Origin: Dimorphilus gyrociliatus
Taxonomy: Eukaryota; Animalia; Annelida
Direction: 5' to 3'
Assembly: GCA_904063045.1 (NCBI GenBank)
Contig: CAJFCJ010000019.1
Location: 3,602,684-3,666,683, forward strand
Length of the DNA stretch: 64,000 nucleotides
Shown: positions 26,763-39,845 of the stretch, piece after piece
Position numbering within the stretch: the first letter of the stretch is position 1
Layout of the letters: each line of letters begins with the position of its first letter
Notes under the pieces: model-generated
The model's database searches: none
Seen by the model: only the letters and a program-made list of their open reading frames with translations
What the model was told of the DNA's origin: nothing
Program-made: the position numbers and the translations under genes

Positions 26763-28905
26763 ATGGCGACCTTCAGGCACATCTTTCGAAAATCGGCAAA
26801 TGTAGCTGCAAATAACCAAGTAAGAGCTTTATACAGATCACGTAATAAAAATATTTTAATAACTATTTTAATGGTAACAAATTACCTTTTAACATATTGT
26901 ACTTTCACCAATAACTCAATTAAAAGTACTTTTTCGTTGGGTTCTTAAAAAGATACAAAGTTATTTTATAATTATATCGTAGTAAGAAAAAACTTCTTTC
27001 AAAAGCAATTTTTATTCAAAGATAAATCCATTTACATTAAGTCCTATAAATTTCATTAACTATCCTAGTGCATATTTTGTTCATCATTTATTTGAAAATG
27101 ATGAAATAATTTTTTAACATGTGATAGCAACTTCGATGCTACTCGAGCAAGGGATTCTTTAAAGATTTTATAGATAATATCAAGCAGGACATGTCAAAAA
27201 ATAAAGAAATGAAGGTAAGCAAAATGATTTTTAAGGCTGTAGCATTGGAGCACTTTTTGATTGCGTAACATTTTTAAAGGAAAACTTAAAGAAATTCCGA
27301 AAAGAAGCAGAAAAACTAGAGCAGTCAGAAGCGTTGCAGAAAGCTCGTGAGAAATATGTATTTGTTTAGAATGTGCTAGTTCAAACATAATAAAATTTGT
27401 TTTTTTAATACAATAGCAAACTATTGAGCAAGAAACAGCAAAAAGCTCAGAAGTATTAAAGGAAAAGTTTGATGAGTTAAAAGATAAGGCTAAAAAGGTT
27501 AAATCTTTTTCTTACTAACTTTGTGTAATTGACCTATTAATATGCGCTTTATCTTTATAGACTTTAGAAGAAGCTGAAAAAATAGAAGGCATAAAAAAAA
27601 GTATGAAAATTGGCAAAGGAGTAGTTGATTCTGCCTCTAAAATGGGGGAGAATGTTATAAAAAGCGGTGAACAAATAGGACAAACAGCTATTTTTAAGAC
27701 TGTATCACAGGTAACTGATTTAGAAAATTAGGTAGATTTTTCTATTCCTATAATTTGCTCAAATAGGGAGTTAAAGCCGTTACAGAAGAAATAAACGACG
27801 CAACGATTCGTAAAAGTCAATTCTATAAAGAACCTAAAGTCTTACGAAAAAGATCTGACAATTCATTACAATCTAAAAGACATGTCGAAGCAAACGAGTA
27901 AATAGTTATGATTCCAATTATAATACTAACAATGACCGTACGTTTTCCATCATTCTAGAGATGCAACAGGCGTTGTAATGCATAAGGACTCCAAGTTTTT
28001 TCAATCATGGCAGAATTTCAAAGAAAATAACCAATTTGTTACAAGTAAGTTATCAACTATATTCTTTCAAAAATATTGTTTAAGACTTAATTTAAGATGA
28101 ATAAACTGTCATGTTTATTTTCATTGCTTTTAGAGCTCTTCGATATGAAAACGAAATATGATGAAAGTGACAATGTCATGGTAAGAACAACAAGAGCTAT
28201 CACAGACAAACTTACCGATATATTTGGTATATAGCTTTCTTACTGATTATACTGATTAATAAAATATTATTTCATTAAAATTTACTTCGTAGGTAACGTA
28301 TTTTCTAAAACTGAAATGTCTGAAGTTATAACGGAAATAACTAAGATGGATCCTAATTTTGATCAAATCGCCTTCATAAAGCAGTGCGAGAAAGATATCA
28401 TTCCTAACGTTTTAGAGGCAATAGTAAGACCTGATTTGGAGATTTTGGAAGATTGGTGCCATGAAGCTGCTTACAATACGATAGCCCACCCTATTCAACA
28501 AGCCATAAAAAAAGGATATGTCTTTGAAAATACAGTATTAGACGTTGGACAGGTTGATGTAAGTTATAGTTTATTCTCTTCTATTCACTTTTCATGAAGA
28601 ATTTTAATTTTCAGATTGTTTCGGGAAAAATGATGGAGCAAGGTCCAGTTTTGATAATAACTTTTAACGCTCAACAAATTTTTTGTGCAAGGGATACTAA
28701 GGGATTTGTTGTTGAAGGAGAAGCGGTAAAATTACTATTCAAACATTTGTTAAGTTATGATAAATTCTGTGTTTTCTCCTTTTAGGATAAAGTTATGAGA
28801 GTACTTCATGTTTGGGCTCTGTGCAGAGATCAAACTATTTTGGATCCAAGAGCTGCTTGGAGAGTTGTTGACCTATCCGTTATGCCACAAGAACAATGGT
28901 TATAG
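26763..28905 (+). CDS. TIMM44: Mitochondrial inner membrane translocase subunit TIM44, multi-exon
   Basis: Presequence-like MATFRHIFRKSANVAA. Motifs VVMHKDSKFFQSWQNFKENNQF, TEMSEVITEITKMDPNFD, GKMMEQGPVLIITF and DPRAAWRVVDLSVMPQEQWL-stop. Confidence 0.93.
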
Positions 28906-29167
28906 TATCTTTTTCGAACTAAGTTAGGAAAAAAAATATTGTTTCTAAAATTATATCAACAGTTATCGATTTAATAATATAACTTGATAAAGTCTAGTAA
29001 TTGTGGTTTGGTCCACTTGAATACATAAACTCGTGCAAAATACTTCTACATGTTGGGAACAAACACTAATAATTCTAAGACAATTACAACATTTTGCATG
29101 GATATGAAAGTTGTATTTAGGTTATCACTAAAGGATAAAAAATTTACTCTAATATACAGTTTTTATG

Positions 29168-29878
29168 TTATCTTTCAAAGCTGTACAAAACATAACTAAA
29201 AAATTGCCTACAACATTCTTCTATTTGATTAAACATTTCTTCGTAACCTTGTTCATTCTGTTTAAATTCAAAAATCAATTATCTAATTAAATAACATATA
29301 TATGTATATTATTGTATTTAATTTTATACTGGAAAATAAGGATAAGCTATTTCTCTCTTAGGAGGACACTTTCTATCTCTATATGGATCGTAATCACTCA
29401 AAGTTTTAATATAAGCCCTACAAGCTTTTCCATTAGAATTCATTAGTTCATAACATTGACGAAATAAACGATCGTGCATACATATAACAAAATCGTAATA
29501 ATCAAAGTCAATAAGTGTAATCTGTTGTAAATTAAAAAATTTATTCCTTTATTTATTAATAAAATATAAAAGAGAACCTTTTTGGACTTATGTTGAAGAC
29601 CAACTATACCATGATTATTGAGGACTTTTAGTGTTAATTCATCAGGAGTAAGGTTCTCTTTACAGTCCCATCCACGGCTATCAACAATAACACCTTCCAT
29701 ATTGTTTTCAATACAAATTTTTGTCATAACAGCCTGAGCCATAGTACTCTGTGTTGTGTTATCTTAAATTAAAAACAAATTAATTTACTTTAACGAAATG
29801 TACGTTATAAGAATATCCCCTACTTTCACAAACAAATAATACAGCTATATCTCCCCAAGGTTGAATTTCAGATTCCAT
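29168..29878 (-). CDS. Low-molecular-weight protein tyrosine phosphatase (ACP1) paralogue with degenerate active site, four exons, 173 aa
   Basis: Exons 29824-29878, 29578-29762, 29330-29521 and 29168-29257 splice in frame. AVLFVCENNTTQSTMAQAV, ITLIDFDYYDFVICM, KACRAYIKTLSDYDP, EIAYPYFP and EEMFNQIEECCRQF align colinearly with remembered ACP1 motifs. Confidence 0.85.
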
Positions 29879-30385
29879 AATCAAAAAATCAAAAATTCAA
29901 AACCATAATGTTTATATTTTTCAAAACAATTAACATCGTATTAATTTACATAATTTTGACATAGCGTACAGCGTCAGTGGGGAAAAAACTCCCCATAAAT
30001 AAGCATATCAAAGTATAAACATGAAAAACATTTTCAAGATGCTAATTTGATTAATTAAAAAGAATAGAATAATCGTGATTATTCTATTCATTCAATGTAA
30101 TTTAAAAAGGCCGAATGAATACTGAAATGAAATACTATAAAAATTACTCTTGTTTTTAAGAAGTTTTCTTGAATAAAAACTTCCTGATAAGTAATAATAT
30201 TATTTCATTAAAAGAACCTAACTGATCTAAATATTTATTTAAAAAATATTAGACGTATTAACAAACTAATATTAGCCATTAAGAAATCATTTTGGACTAT
30301 CTAACCAAATATTTGTTTATATAATTTTGTCTTTTCGTGCCTTTTTTGAAAGTAGCCAGGTTCGGAACCAGATGAATACTTAGGG

Positions 30386-30398
30386 GCGCCATCTAGTT
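30386..30398 (-). promoter_or_regulatory. CTCF/YY1-like motif (AACTAGATGGCGC) between the divergent ACP1-like and PRRC1 genes
   Basis: A GC-rich motif in otherwise AT-rich intergenic DNA, resembling the CTAGATGGCGC CTCF core. Confidence 0.35.
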
Positions 30399-30579
30399 TT
30401 GCCACGTTTTATATTTTGACGTAAGTATTTTTATCATTTTTACAACAACATTACCTAATGATCATCGCAAGGTATGAATATACAATCGAAGTAGAATGTT
30501 GTATACATAATGTAAAAATATAACAACTTTGATGAATATTGTTTTGCTATTATTATCTCTTATTATCGCCCAGGGCAGA

Positions 30580-32689
30580 ATGATGGAAGAAAGTGATCAA
30601 GATGTTCAGCAAATCGCAAGCCAATTAGAGGAGGCAGCTTTAACAAATGTTACTGAAGGTATTAAAATTGGAGATTCTATACAAATTATTACTTCAAATT
30701 ACACATTAACGCTTTAAATTCATAACAAAACAAATAATTGCAAACAACTTTTCCACTTTGAACAAAACAAAAGAACTATAAACTAATCTTTATTAAAATA
30801 CAAAGTAATATAGATAAATTGATTATAAGTAAGATTGGTTTTGTACTGTACAAAAATTTAACTATTATTAGCAAGTTATATCTCTTTATTACACGTAATT
30901 CCAATTATTATTTTAAAAATAGTTTGTTAGATATGAATTATTCATTTTTATTAAATTCAACATACTAAACTTAGCATAGAACATTTTTGTTGAAAGCTAT
31001 TCTATTATGAAGTAGTATCATTAATCCATACTTTCTTAACTGGAAAATATGACTGATTTTTATGTCAAAATATCTCAATCTTTTTAATACTAAAAATTGC
31101 GATTAATTTTTCTCAAATCGATTTTTTTAACGATACTATTACATTACAAAAATTAATTCCTACAATTTTACACTTGTAGCACATTCGTCAGGTGGATTAG
31201 CTCCACCAGTTCCTTTACCTAACTTATCAACCGCCACTTCTCCAATCGTCCCTTCGGCGGCAATGACACAAATGCCTCCTATACCGCAAATGACGCCTGA
31301 ATTAAGGCCGACCGTTACTCCAGCTTCTATGCAACAGCCTAATTCTACAACCCCAACAAGAGTAACGAATACGAAGGATATCACTCCTCCACCTCCTGTT
31401 TCAGGATTTGTACCAACTTCCAAAACTATAGCCGCTAGTTTACCAACTTCTGGAGTGTATTCTCAAAATTCTCCAGCCCCTGCTCCCCCAACGTTTGTAC
31501 CAGAAACTCAAGCAGCAGGACCACAAACCTCGTTGTCAGTAAACCTTTTTTAATCAATTTTCTGAGTATAAAATTTAAATATCTCTTCATCTACAGAGGA
31601 TCGTCGTATGGACAAAATGTCGATGTTACAGCACAGTAAGAGCCAAACAAATGGAAATTTTTAAAGATAAATTAACTAATCTTACATATCAATGCAGACA
31701 AATTCCTGTGGGTGGTGCACCAGCACAATTCTCTCCACCTCGTATGTTAATTCCTTAAGTTTTTCTTTGCAAATTACAATAATTGATAAATTTATGATAA
31801 TAAACTTCTTTTAAAGCTATGCAATCACCTTATCAAGCAAGCCAAGCGATCGACTTTACAGCTGTTCCTGATAACAATGCCCGCGAATCTCTTCAGAGTG
31901 ATAGCTTCCTTGGAGGCTGGTTTTCTGGAAATTTTATGACCAAAGTTGTAGAGAAAGCTAAGCACGCATCCGAGACTGTAATAACAACACTAGACCCAGG
32001 AATGAAGCAAGTCTTAAGTAGTAAGTATCTCTTCATTTCATGAATGTTTATTGAACACCAAAATTTATTTGTTAGGCTCAGGCTATGAAATAAGTCTGTT
32101 GGTATCCTCTTCGGATGGGAGATTGGTCGAAGCGATCAGGCAAGGGTTTCAAAGTGAATTTCAAACAATGGCAAAAGGCTATGTAAGATTAAGATTCTAT
32201 AACGTGTGATATTCTATAAGAGATAAGTAATTTCAGGGCACCTTCTCTATATCAGCTGTCCAAATAATTGGACAATCGGCGGCTTTAAAATCTATAGAAC
32301 AGAAGATTGATGGTCTAAGGAAATCGAATAGTTCTTGTCAATTATTTGTAGCTTTTGATAGCTTTCTAGCTGAGCAATTACCTGATCAGTGGTTTGATTT
32401 AGGCGTTCTACATTTAAGAGACGACGCAAGGAACATCAATCTTACTACTTTCACTCCAGCTTTTCCGGTTGGAACTGAAGATGTGCTGCGTGCACAAGAC
32501 ATGACTCCAGCTACGTACGATTTAAGATGGTCCGGCTTAGCTATAAGTATAGAGGAAATTATGAGAATGAGAGGCCCGGTCTCTGCCGATTGGCGAAAAG
32601 ATTTATTTGGTTCTGGTATATATGAGACTGTAGCCAATGCTGCAAAGAGTTTAGCTTTTATGTATAAGAAGAGAATTTGTATTCAATAA
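30580..32689 (+). CDS. PRRC1: Proline-rich coiled-coil protein 1 (Golgi-associated, NTPase I/T-like C-terminal domain), multi-exon
   Basis: Starts MMEES as in remembered PRRC1, followed by Pro-rich exons. KVVEKAKHASETVITTLDPGMKQVL and YDLRWSGLAISIEE...WRKDLFG...ANAAKSLAFMYK. Confidence 0.88.
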
Positions 32690-33011
32690 GTTTGTCGGTC
32701 ATGAATAATTTTAGAATTTACTGATACAGAGATAAATTGTCTGTATTGTTCTTTAAATGAAAAACTTTCCAATTAATATTCAAATGTCTAAAGGTTTATC
32801 TCTAACATTTTTGTAAAGTCTATTTAATTTCTCTATAAACAAACCTATATGTTTAACACACAAGCTTTAAAGTTATTTTTATTAAGAAATATTAACTTAA
32901 GGACATCTAAATACTATTTAGAAACAATAGTCATAAAACAACAACAAATATTTATAGGGCAGGAAGTGTCGTCTGCTCAATTAGTATTCTTTAGGGGAAA
33001 AAAAATATCAT

Positions 33012-33022
33012 CCGCCATTTTG
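33012..33022 (-). promoter_or_regulatory. YY1-like motif CAAAATGGCGG upstream of the TASOR-like gene
   Basis: An identical 11-mer to 6503-6513. Confidence 0.5.
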
Positions 33023-33730
33023 CATATCTATTTAGACTAGTGTACCTTTAGAAAAAATCTATGGCCTCGCTCACTTCGCTTCTATTTTATAATTCCCTGC
33101 GAATTTTCTAACTCATTACGAAAACTCCATTATTGATTTATAAAGCAGTCTTAAAATATTTTTTTCTACACCACGAGACAGTCGTTTGCTGCATCAGTTA
33201 TTTGATTTTATAGAAGGTAAATAAAATTTTTCGACTACAATTTTAACTGAGGATTTTATTACTTAATAGCCCTTTCTCTATAATATTATAGTTTTGTAAG
33301 TCTAATTAGCGCTTTATTTATAAATATTAATGAATTGTCTGTTTTTAAATTGCAGTGAAAAAATGTTCTAAAATTTCATTTGATTTTTTAAATTCGTTAT
33401 ATCCATTCCAGATTATAATAATACTGTTTAAAAACTATTTTTACAAAGCAACTTAACAAATAAATAATAAGAATATAGGCGTTTTTTTATTTAGTAATAT
33501 TATTTTAATGTTAATATCAGATAGGCAGGTCTTGAAAAACAGCAAATACAATTAAAAGTATTATTTCGGGCTTTTAAATAATGCAATTTTCACTATTACA
33601 AGTTAATAATCTAATATTATGACGATCAGTAAATGCTTTGGAATAACCTGCTACAATGTATCTTTTTTCCTTTCAGTTTTAAGTTGAAGGTGCTATCTCT
33701 TTTAGATATTACGAAAATAATTTCTAAAGA

Positions 33731-36008
33731 ATGCAGCATCCTCTCGATACCTTTTTGGCAGCCGAACTGAATTCTTTGATTCAAGGTATTGAGACTACCA
33801 GTTCTGGTAAGGACTTAGTGGAAGAAATAAATCATTTTGAATCCCTTAGTCATTGTCCCCTAATTACAAATTCAAAAAAATTTGAAGAAATTGGAAAAAT
33901 TCTTCAACAATTTCGAATTGATTGGGATAAGAAAAAACCTCTTGATCAAGTGATTAAAGGAAAAAATGTTACAAAATATGTTTCAAAATTCATTCTCTCT
34001 AGGTATGTTCTAACCAGAAATCTTAAAATCTTAATTTCCATTTGATTCCTCATTTTTAAAATTTTAAAATAGATGGAACATTAACGATGTTGTACAGGAG
34101 GAGATGATTGATTTTCGAAAGAAATCTTATACCACCATATGTGATTTACTAAATCCAAACACCACTTTATTGAAGCCAGGTGAAAGAACTTTTGAAACTA
34201 AAGAATCAGTTCTAAATGACTTCCAAAGGAAAATGGATAGAATGTTGCTGAAAAATACGCTAAAGCGTAAATCGGAGTCGGAAAATGATCCAAATAATCA
34301 GTTGAAGAAAACAAAACTGAAAGAGAATTCAAAAGAAGTAGTAGACAATGAAATTATCTTTGATGGTGAGTATTTTAATAATCAAATAGAAGAAAAAAGT
34401 TCTTCAAAGAAGAAGAAAAAACACAAAAAAGGTCCGCTAGACGAGTTGAAACGATCAATATCGTCACACATCAAGGATTTTGATATGAAAAACGTCAGTA
34501 GAAATCTTAGAGTGCTCATGAATTATTCATGGAGGAATGAAAACGATAGTTTAGCTAGTCGACGAGTTGAGAAGAACATTGCCAGAGAAAAAGCCGAGTT
34601 TAATAATGAGAAAAACGAAATTATTCGAAACTGTGCATTACAGTTGAAAAACAATGGCCTAAAAAAAAACATTATTCAACAATTGAGTAGGAAATTATTT
34701 CTGTTAGCTGTTAAAGACTGTACACTCTTTAGGGAAGAGTTAAAGCAAATTGATCTTGGAAATGATGATCATTCAGCTCTCCAATCTCTTTTTAACCCTA
34801 CAAATAACAAAAAGCCTGAAGTTAATGCGGACAAAGAAATAATCAATTCTAGTTGCATGGATGATATTGCGTCAAAATTATATCATAGTGTCTGTATTGC
34901 TTTACAAACAGACTTTGAGAGTATTGGAGGACACAATCGATCCAATAGAAAATATTCAGGAAGAAGAAAACTGAAAGGTCTTTCTAAATATGCCCATAAG
35001 TCTTTATTACAATCGGAAAATTTAAAACATTCTCTGAAAATTCAAAACAAACATGACTCAAAAAAAGATTCTTCACAAGTTTCAAATAAAAAATACAAAA
35101 GACAGATTACCCAAAAGTTAAAAATTGATAAAAAGCAACACCAAGAGAAAGAAAAAAGCATTGTCTGTAATGACAGTGATAGCGCAACAACTGGCTCTGT
35201 AAAGATCCAATCTTCGATTTCAGTGAAAACGGATAATTCAAATTATTTATTAAATTCTAACAGCACACCTAAGCTCTTAGATCAAGAATCGGAGAAAGAA
35301 GAAGGAGAAATTGAGGAAAATAATGGATGCGAATACGATGCATCTTTGGAGTACTTTGCAATCTTTGGTCATTCCAGTCAAAGTGCAGAACTGAAAGATT
35401 GGTTAAAAAGTCAGAATAATACTTATTTTGATCTGCCTACATTCTCTGATTCTAGTCAAAATATTAACCTCAATATATACATTTATCTGGCAGAAAATAA
35501 TTGCCTTGAAAATATTCCAAACTTATGCAAATTACGTTGCTCAAAAAAAGTTAGATTTTTACTTTTTGAATCTGTAAGTGATGTCGTAGAGGACCGGTGC
35601 ATAGAGATAATGCCTAATGGAGGAATAGTGATACTGGATAAAAATTCAACCTCATTTAGTCCAAAACAATGTCAAGAAATGTTCAATTTTTTTATAAAAG
35701 AAAAAAGAAGAGGAACTAATTGGCATGCAAAACTAAATAGTAGTGCCAATAATAATTCCTATTCAAATGTGGCAGATATATTTGATCATTATAAGAAAAT
35801 GGGAATGTTGTCGTATGAAGAATCTGCTGAAAATTCCTTGTATGAGTTTCTAATCAACCTTCAAAACGAAAATTCCTTTTACAATTGGTATCGGCGCTTA
35901 ATTATACTCTCTGACTGCAAGACACCGGAAGAGAGGTCCAACTTGGAAAAAATTGGAATTGAATGTATGGAAATGAAACAATTTATGAATAGCATTGTTA
36001 AAAAATGA
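33731..36008 (+). CDS. Two-exon ~735 aa protein with a TASOR (FAM208)-like C-terminal alpha/beta and PIN-like region
   Basis: Exon 33731-34002 joins in frame to 34073-36008. The C-terminus IPNLCKLRCSKKVRF...ESVSDV...EIMPNGGIVILD...NWHAKL...FLINLQ...RRLIILSD...GIECMEMKQFMNS is colinear with the remembered TASOR C-terminus. Confidence 0.6.
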
Positions 36009-36386
36009 AATAATTAGATTTTGTTGCAAGTTTTGTTGTTCTATAGTCAGTTTAAAAAGTCTTTCTTTATTTTATTTCTAAGTAAATGGACAGTAAATCT
36101 ATTAATTTTGAATTAAATATAAACTATTAATAAAGTTGTAGTTTTGTGTGAAATATATTAAATATAATAGGAGATTGAATAAATATTACATTTTTGTAAT
36201 TTGCTATTATTATTTAAAGACATATATGTTTAATAGACATTAGTAACGCTTTTGAAAATAAATACTCAGAAAAAGGTTCTTGAGTAATATGGACATCGTG
36301 ATTTTTGAATATGGAACTCTGTTCGATTTTCTCAATTTTTAACGAGCTCAAATTCATTCGCTGACAGAGGAGTATCCTTGAGAACT

Positions 36387-37462
36387 ATGGCTTATAATAT
36401 CACATCCCTCTTAGAGGATGCTAAAAGGTTAGCAGAAAAACTACGGTCAGACGAATTGGCCGCCAATGATTTATGGAACCAGGCGAATGACGTTCAGTTA
36501 AAAACAGACGCCTTAAACCAACTCTCCGCGAAAATCGACTATTTTAATGCAGCTGCCAAACACAGACCTAAGAAGGATATTGTTGAGGAGATAGAGGAGA
36601 GCTGCCGTAAAGTTGTTGCTTACCAAAAAGACAATTCTGATCTGAGTCAAACCATTAAAGATCATAGAGACGCTTTATCCTTTATGCTTTCTAGATATAA
36701 GACTCATATGACTAAATTAGAAATCTTAAAAAAAGCTGAAAATTCTGTACAAGTACCAGTCAATGCTAGAATTGAACAGGTAAAAATCTTTATTATGATT
36801 ACTATTAATTACTCATATTGTATTTTTGGATCCTCATTAACAAAGTAATCAACCCAAACAAAGACTAAGTTCAAAATAGAACGCGACTGAGAAATTAATT
36901 TACCCACTAGTAATCCTAAAAATTGTGGGAATATTTCTTTACACTCTTAGTTAATGTAAGTGATAGCATTGTTGAAACCAGACTTTTCATTGTGCTATAA
37001 TAAAATATTGACCTCCAAGCCTATCATTTTACAACTTTCGCTTTATTAAATAGAACTCAGTTCAAGTAGGGAATTAGTTGATCTTTTTTCTTGTATAAAA
37101 TAATTATTGAAACACGTAGCTAGACAACTGAATATTTGGACAAAGATTAATAATATTATGATTATTTTCATGTCTAGAAAGAAGAATTGATTAAGGAACG
37201 CTTAGACGAGATGGTGACCGTAATAAAAGCATCCACAGAACTTGATAACAACCTTGCGGAAGAAGACGAAAAACTCCTTCAGGGCTTAACAGTTGATAAT
37301 GAACGTTATAGACAGAATTTCCATAACCTTGATTCCTTGTTGTCACATGAAACCTCAGAAGAAGAAGTACAAACGGAAGATGACTGTGATAGTGAATTGA
37401 ACCAATCAAATTCATCCACATCGACTGTTATAGATACCTTTGAAAGCCAAAATTCCCCTTAA
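36387..37462 (+). CDS. FGFR1OP2: FGFR1OP2/SIKE1 family coiled-coil protein (STRIPAK associated), two coding exons
   Basis: MAYNITSLLEDAKRLAEKLR...DHRDALSFMLSRYKTHM matches the SIKE family. Donor GTAAAA at about 36780 joins in phase 0 to KEELIKERLDEMVTVIKAS. Confidence 0.82.
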
Positions 37463-37771
37463 CTTCATACACCTTGTTTATCTGCTTTTTTAAAAAATTC
37501 TGCGCTTATGTAAGTAATAAAGCATTATTTATAAGCCTTTTCCACTGGTTACAGGCAAAGTATGATTGATCATGCAAAGTCACAAACGATAGTAACATAT
37601 CAGTAGAGATACAGTTATAGAAAATTCAGGGAATCGTTAAGTATTAGGCTTTTACTTCAAATCTTATTTTACAGTACTACAAAATCTAGGAACATTCCTT
37701 AACATAAATACTTCCGCGCAAATCTACTTCGTTTACTCATTTTATTAATTAAATCTTTTGCAGAGGGCAGT

Positions 37772-39845
37772 TTAACGATAACTGTTATAATTATCTCGGA
37801 CCAATGCTATATTCTCAATAGATTCTTTAAATCTAAGTTCTATATCCCTCTCGTACTTCTCATACCAATGCAGATAAGCTTTGGCCTCAAGCATCGTGCG
37901 CGACCTTTCTTCCACTATCTCTAGTAAATCTACTATTCCAGTATGATTTGAGATAACAGTTAACGATTTGGATCTATCACTTTTCTTGCCTGGAAATATT
38001 TGTTTTGTTAGTAATACTTTATATAAAATGTTTTAAAGAACGATATTGATAATTGGACTTTATAATGAGTATAAAGTTCAAAGTTTATATTACATATAAA
38101 CTATATAAATGGAATAACTAATGTATAAACGATATATGCATAAAATAACTAACCAATCCAGTATTTATTTTCCAGCCGTTTTCGATTAAATAGAGAATTT
38201 AGTTTGGTAAATATAGAATTTGCGTTCTTTGAGAATTCTTTACTGTCGTAACCTTTAGCGATGGGGAGTAAGTTAATAGCAGCGTGCTGAAGATAAAACA
38301 ACGTAAAGAAAACACTTCACTAAGAATTAATAATGATCAAAGCTAACAAGTTTTTTATTATCATCCTTTTTTACTAAAGTTCTGGCCAGTCGAACAGCTA
38401 AATCCCCCCAGGAAACGTCACTGAAACTACAATTCTTAATTATTATTACCCAATTTAATTGCAAAGGTATCAGAAAGAAAAATAAACGTTCACACAGTGC
38501 CAACCTATTAGCGGTGTTTGCAGACAGAAATTTATAAGACGGATCTGGGGCAACTACATCCAGCAGTTCAGAAGGTTCCGATCCATAGTATTTAACACCT
38601 CTACGCAACATAAAATTTAAGTTTAATTTACTTAAGATAATTTTCAATAATAAATCAATTTCACCGATAGGAAACAGATTCATTTGGTATATACATATCA
38701 CCCAGACAAGAAGCTATATGGAAATTCATATTTTCTATTTGATTACCATTTTTTGTACCAACAATTTCAAGTAGTTTATCATTTCGAAATAAAACGCAGC
38801 AGTTTGTTGTTCTATTAAAAAAAACATCAAAATTTTACCAACTAACTGATAAGTCTAATTTGAAAGAAAGTATTAAAACCGACTTTTGCAAAGTATTTAA
38901 ACATAGTAAGGAATTTAAATACTGCATGGGTGATTCTCCCCTAATATCCGGTGCAACGCAGCAGCTTATTATATATTCTTTATCATAAATTTCTCTCAGC
39001 TCGTCTAATAGACGGCTAGTCAAGCCTAAAAGAAAATTTTATATTATAAGATTTGGCAGATTTATAAATCAAATATACAGTAGATATTTATATATTATTA
39101 CCGGATCCAGTACCACCGCATAAGCTATGATGTATTAGAAAACCGTTGAAAATATCACATCTGCGAGTATAGATAATATTAAATTGATATTCTATATGGT
39201 TTATAATCTATCCACCTTTCTGATTCTCTTCTAGCTGAATCTAGAACATCTCTAACTATATTTTTTTCACTGTCCATCTTAAGACCGTGATAACCTATAC
39301 ATTGCAAGATGCAAATTATATTGGTAGTATGCTTTTATTATGATAAATACAAACCTAATGCCCAATTACATCCTCTACCCGTATTTCCATGAATAATATT
39401 CCAGTCATCTACCCTCCTAAAAATATATTATACTTTCTTTGATTAGGTTTTAGGTTGTTCAATACATACAATCCTAATTGATGAGCATCTTGAACACATT
39501 TACGGACAACTTTTGGCTCCGAATCAACTAAAATTGACCTTAATTTACTTTTCCCCCGAAGAAATATGTCACTGAAACGAGATTTGTATAAATTGGTCAA
39601 TTCCCTCAACTTTTTTTTTACAAAAGATTATATCAAGACGGTTGTCATGGCAATATATTTATAATTACGAATGCAGTATATAAAGTGTAAAACTATTTAT
39701 ATTGTGACAAGTTGGAGAAATGTGAAAAAAAACCAACTAAAAGTTTATACCCTCTCAAACTTTCTTCATTAGAATTAAGAACATTCCAAAATTGGGAAGC
39801 AATTTGATTTCCGCATTGACCAACAAAAATAGGTACGAAAGACAT
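37772..39845 (-). CDS. Divergent tubulin, most likely zeta (eta/cryptic)-tubulin rather than delta, multi-exon
   Basis: Spliced motifs MSFVPIFVGQCGNQIASQFW, ILVDSEPKVV, GRGCNWALGYHG, HSLCGGTGSG, CVAPDIRGESPMQYLNSLLCL, GSEPSELL and KAYLHWYEKY. Confidence 0.75.
39641..39654. promoter_or_regulatory. RFX X-box in the first intron of the zeta-type tubulin gene
   Basis: GTTGTCATGGCAAT matches 12 of 14 positions of GTTGCCATGGCAAC and lies about 190 bp downstream of the ATG. Confidence 0.65.

Noticed and set aside
30359-30369. GGTTCGGAACC resembling a tRNA B-box
   Set aside because: There is no cloverleaf, acceptor stem or A-box; it is not a tRNA.
30529-30717. 62 aa ORF that looks like a secreted peptide (MNIVLLLLSLIIAQG...)
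   Set aside because: The apparent signal peptide is the intron polypyrimidine tract and acceptor (CCCAG). MMEESDQD... is PRRC1 coding exon 1 and splices in frame at GAAG|GTATT to the exon at about 31180.
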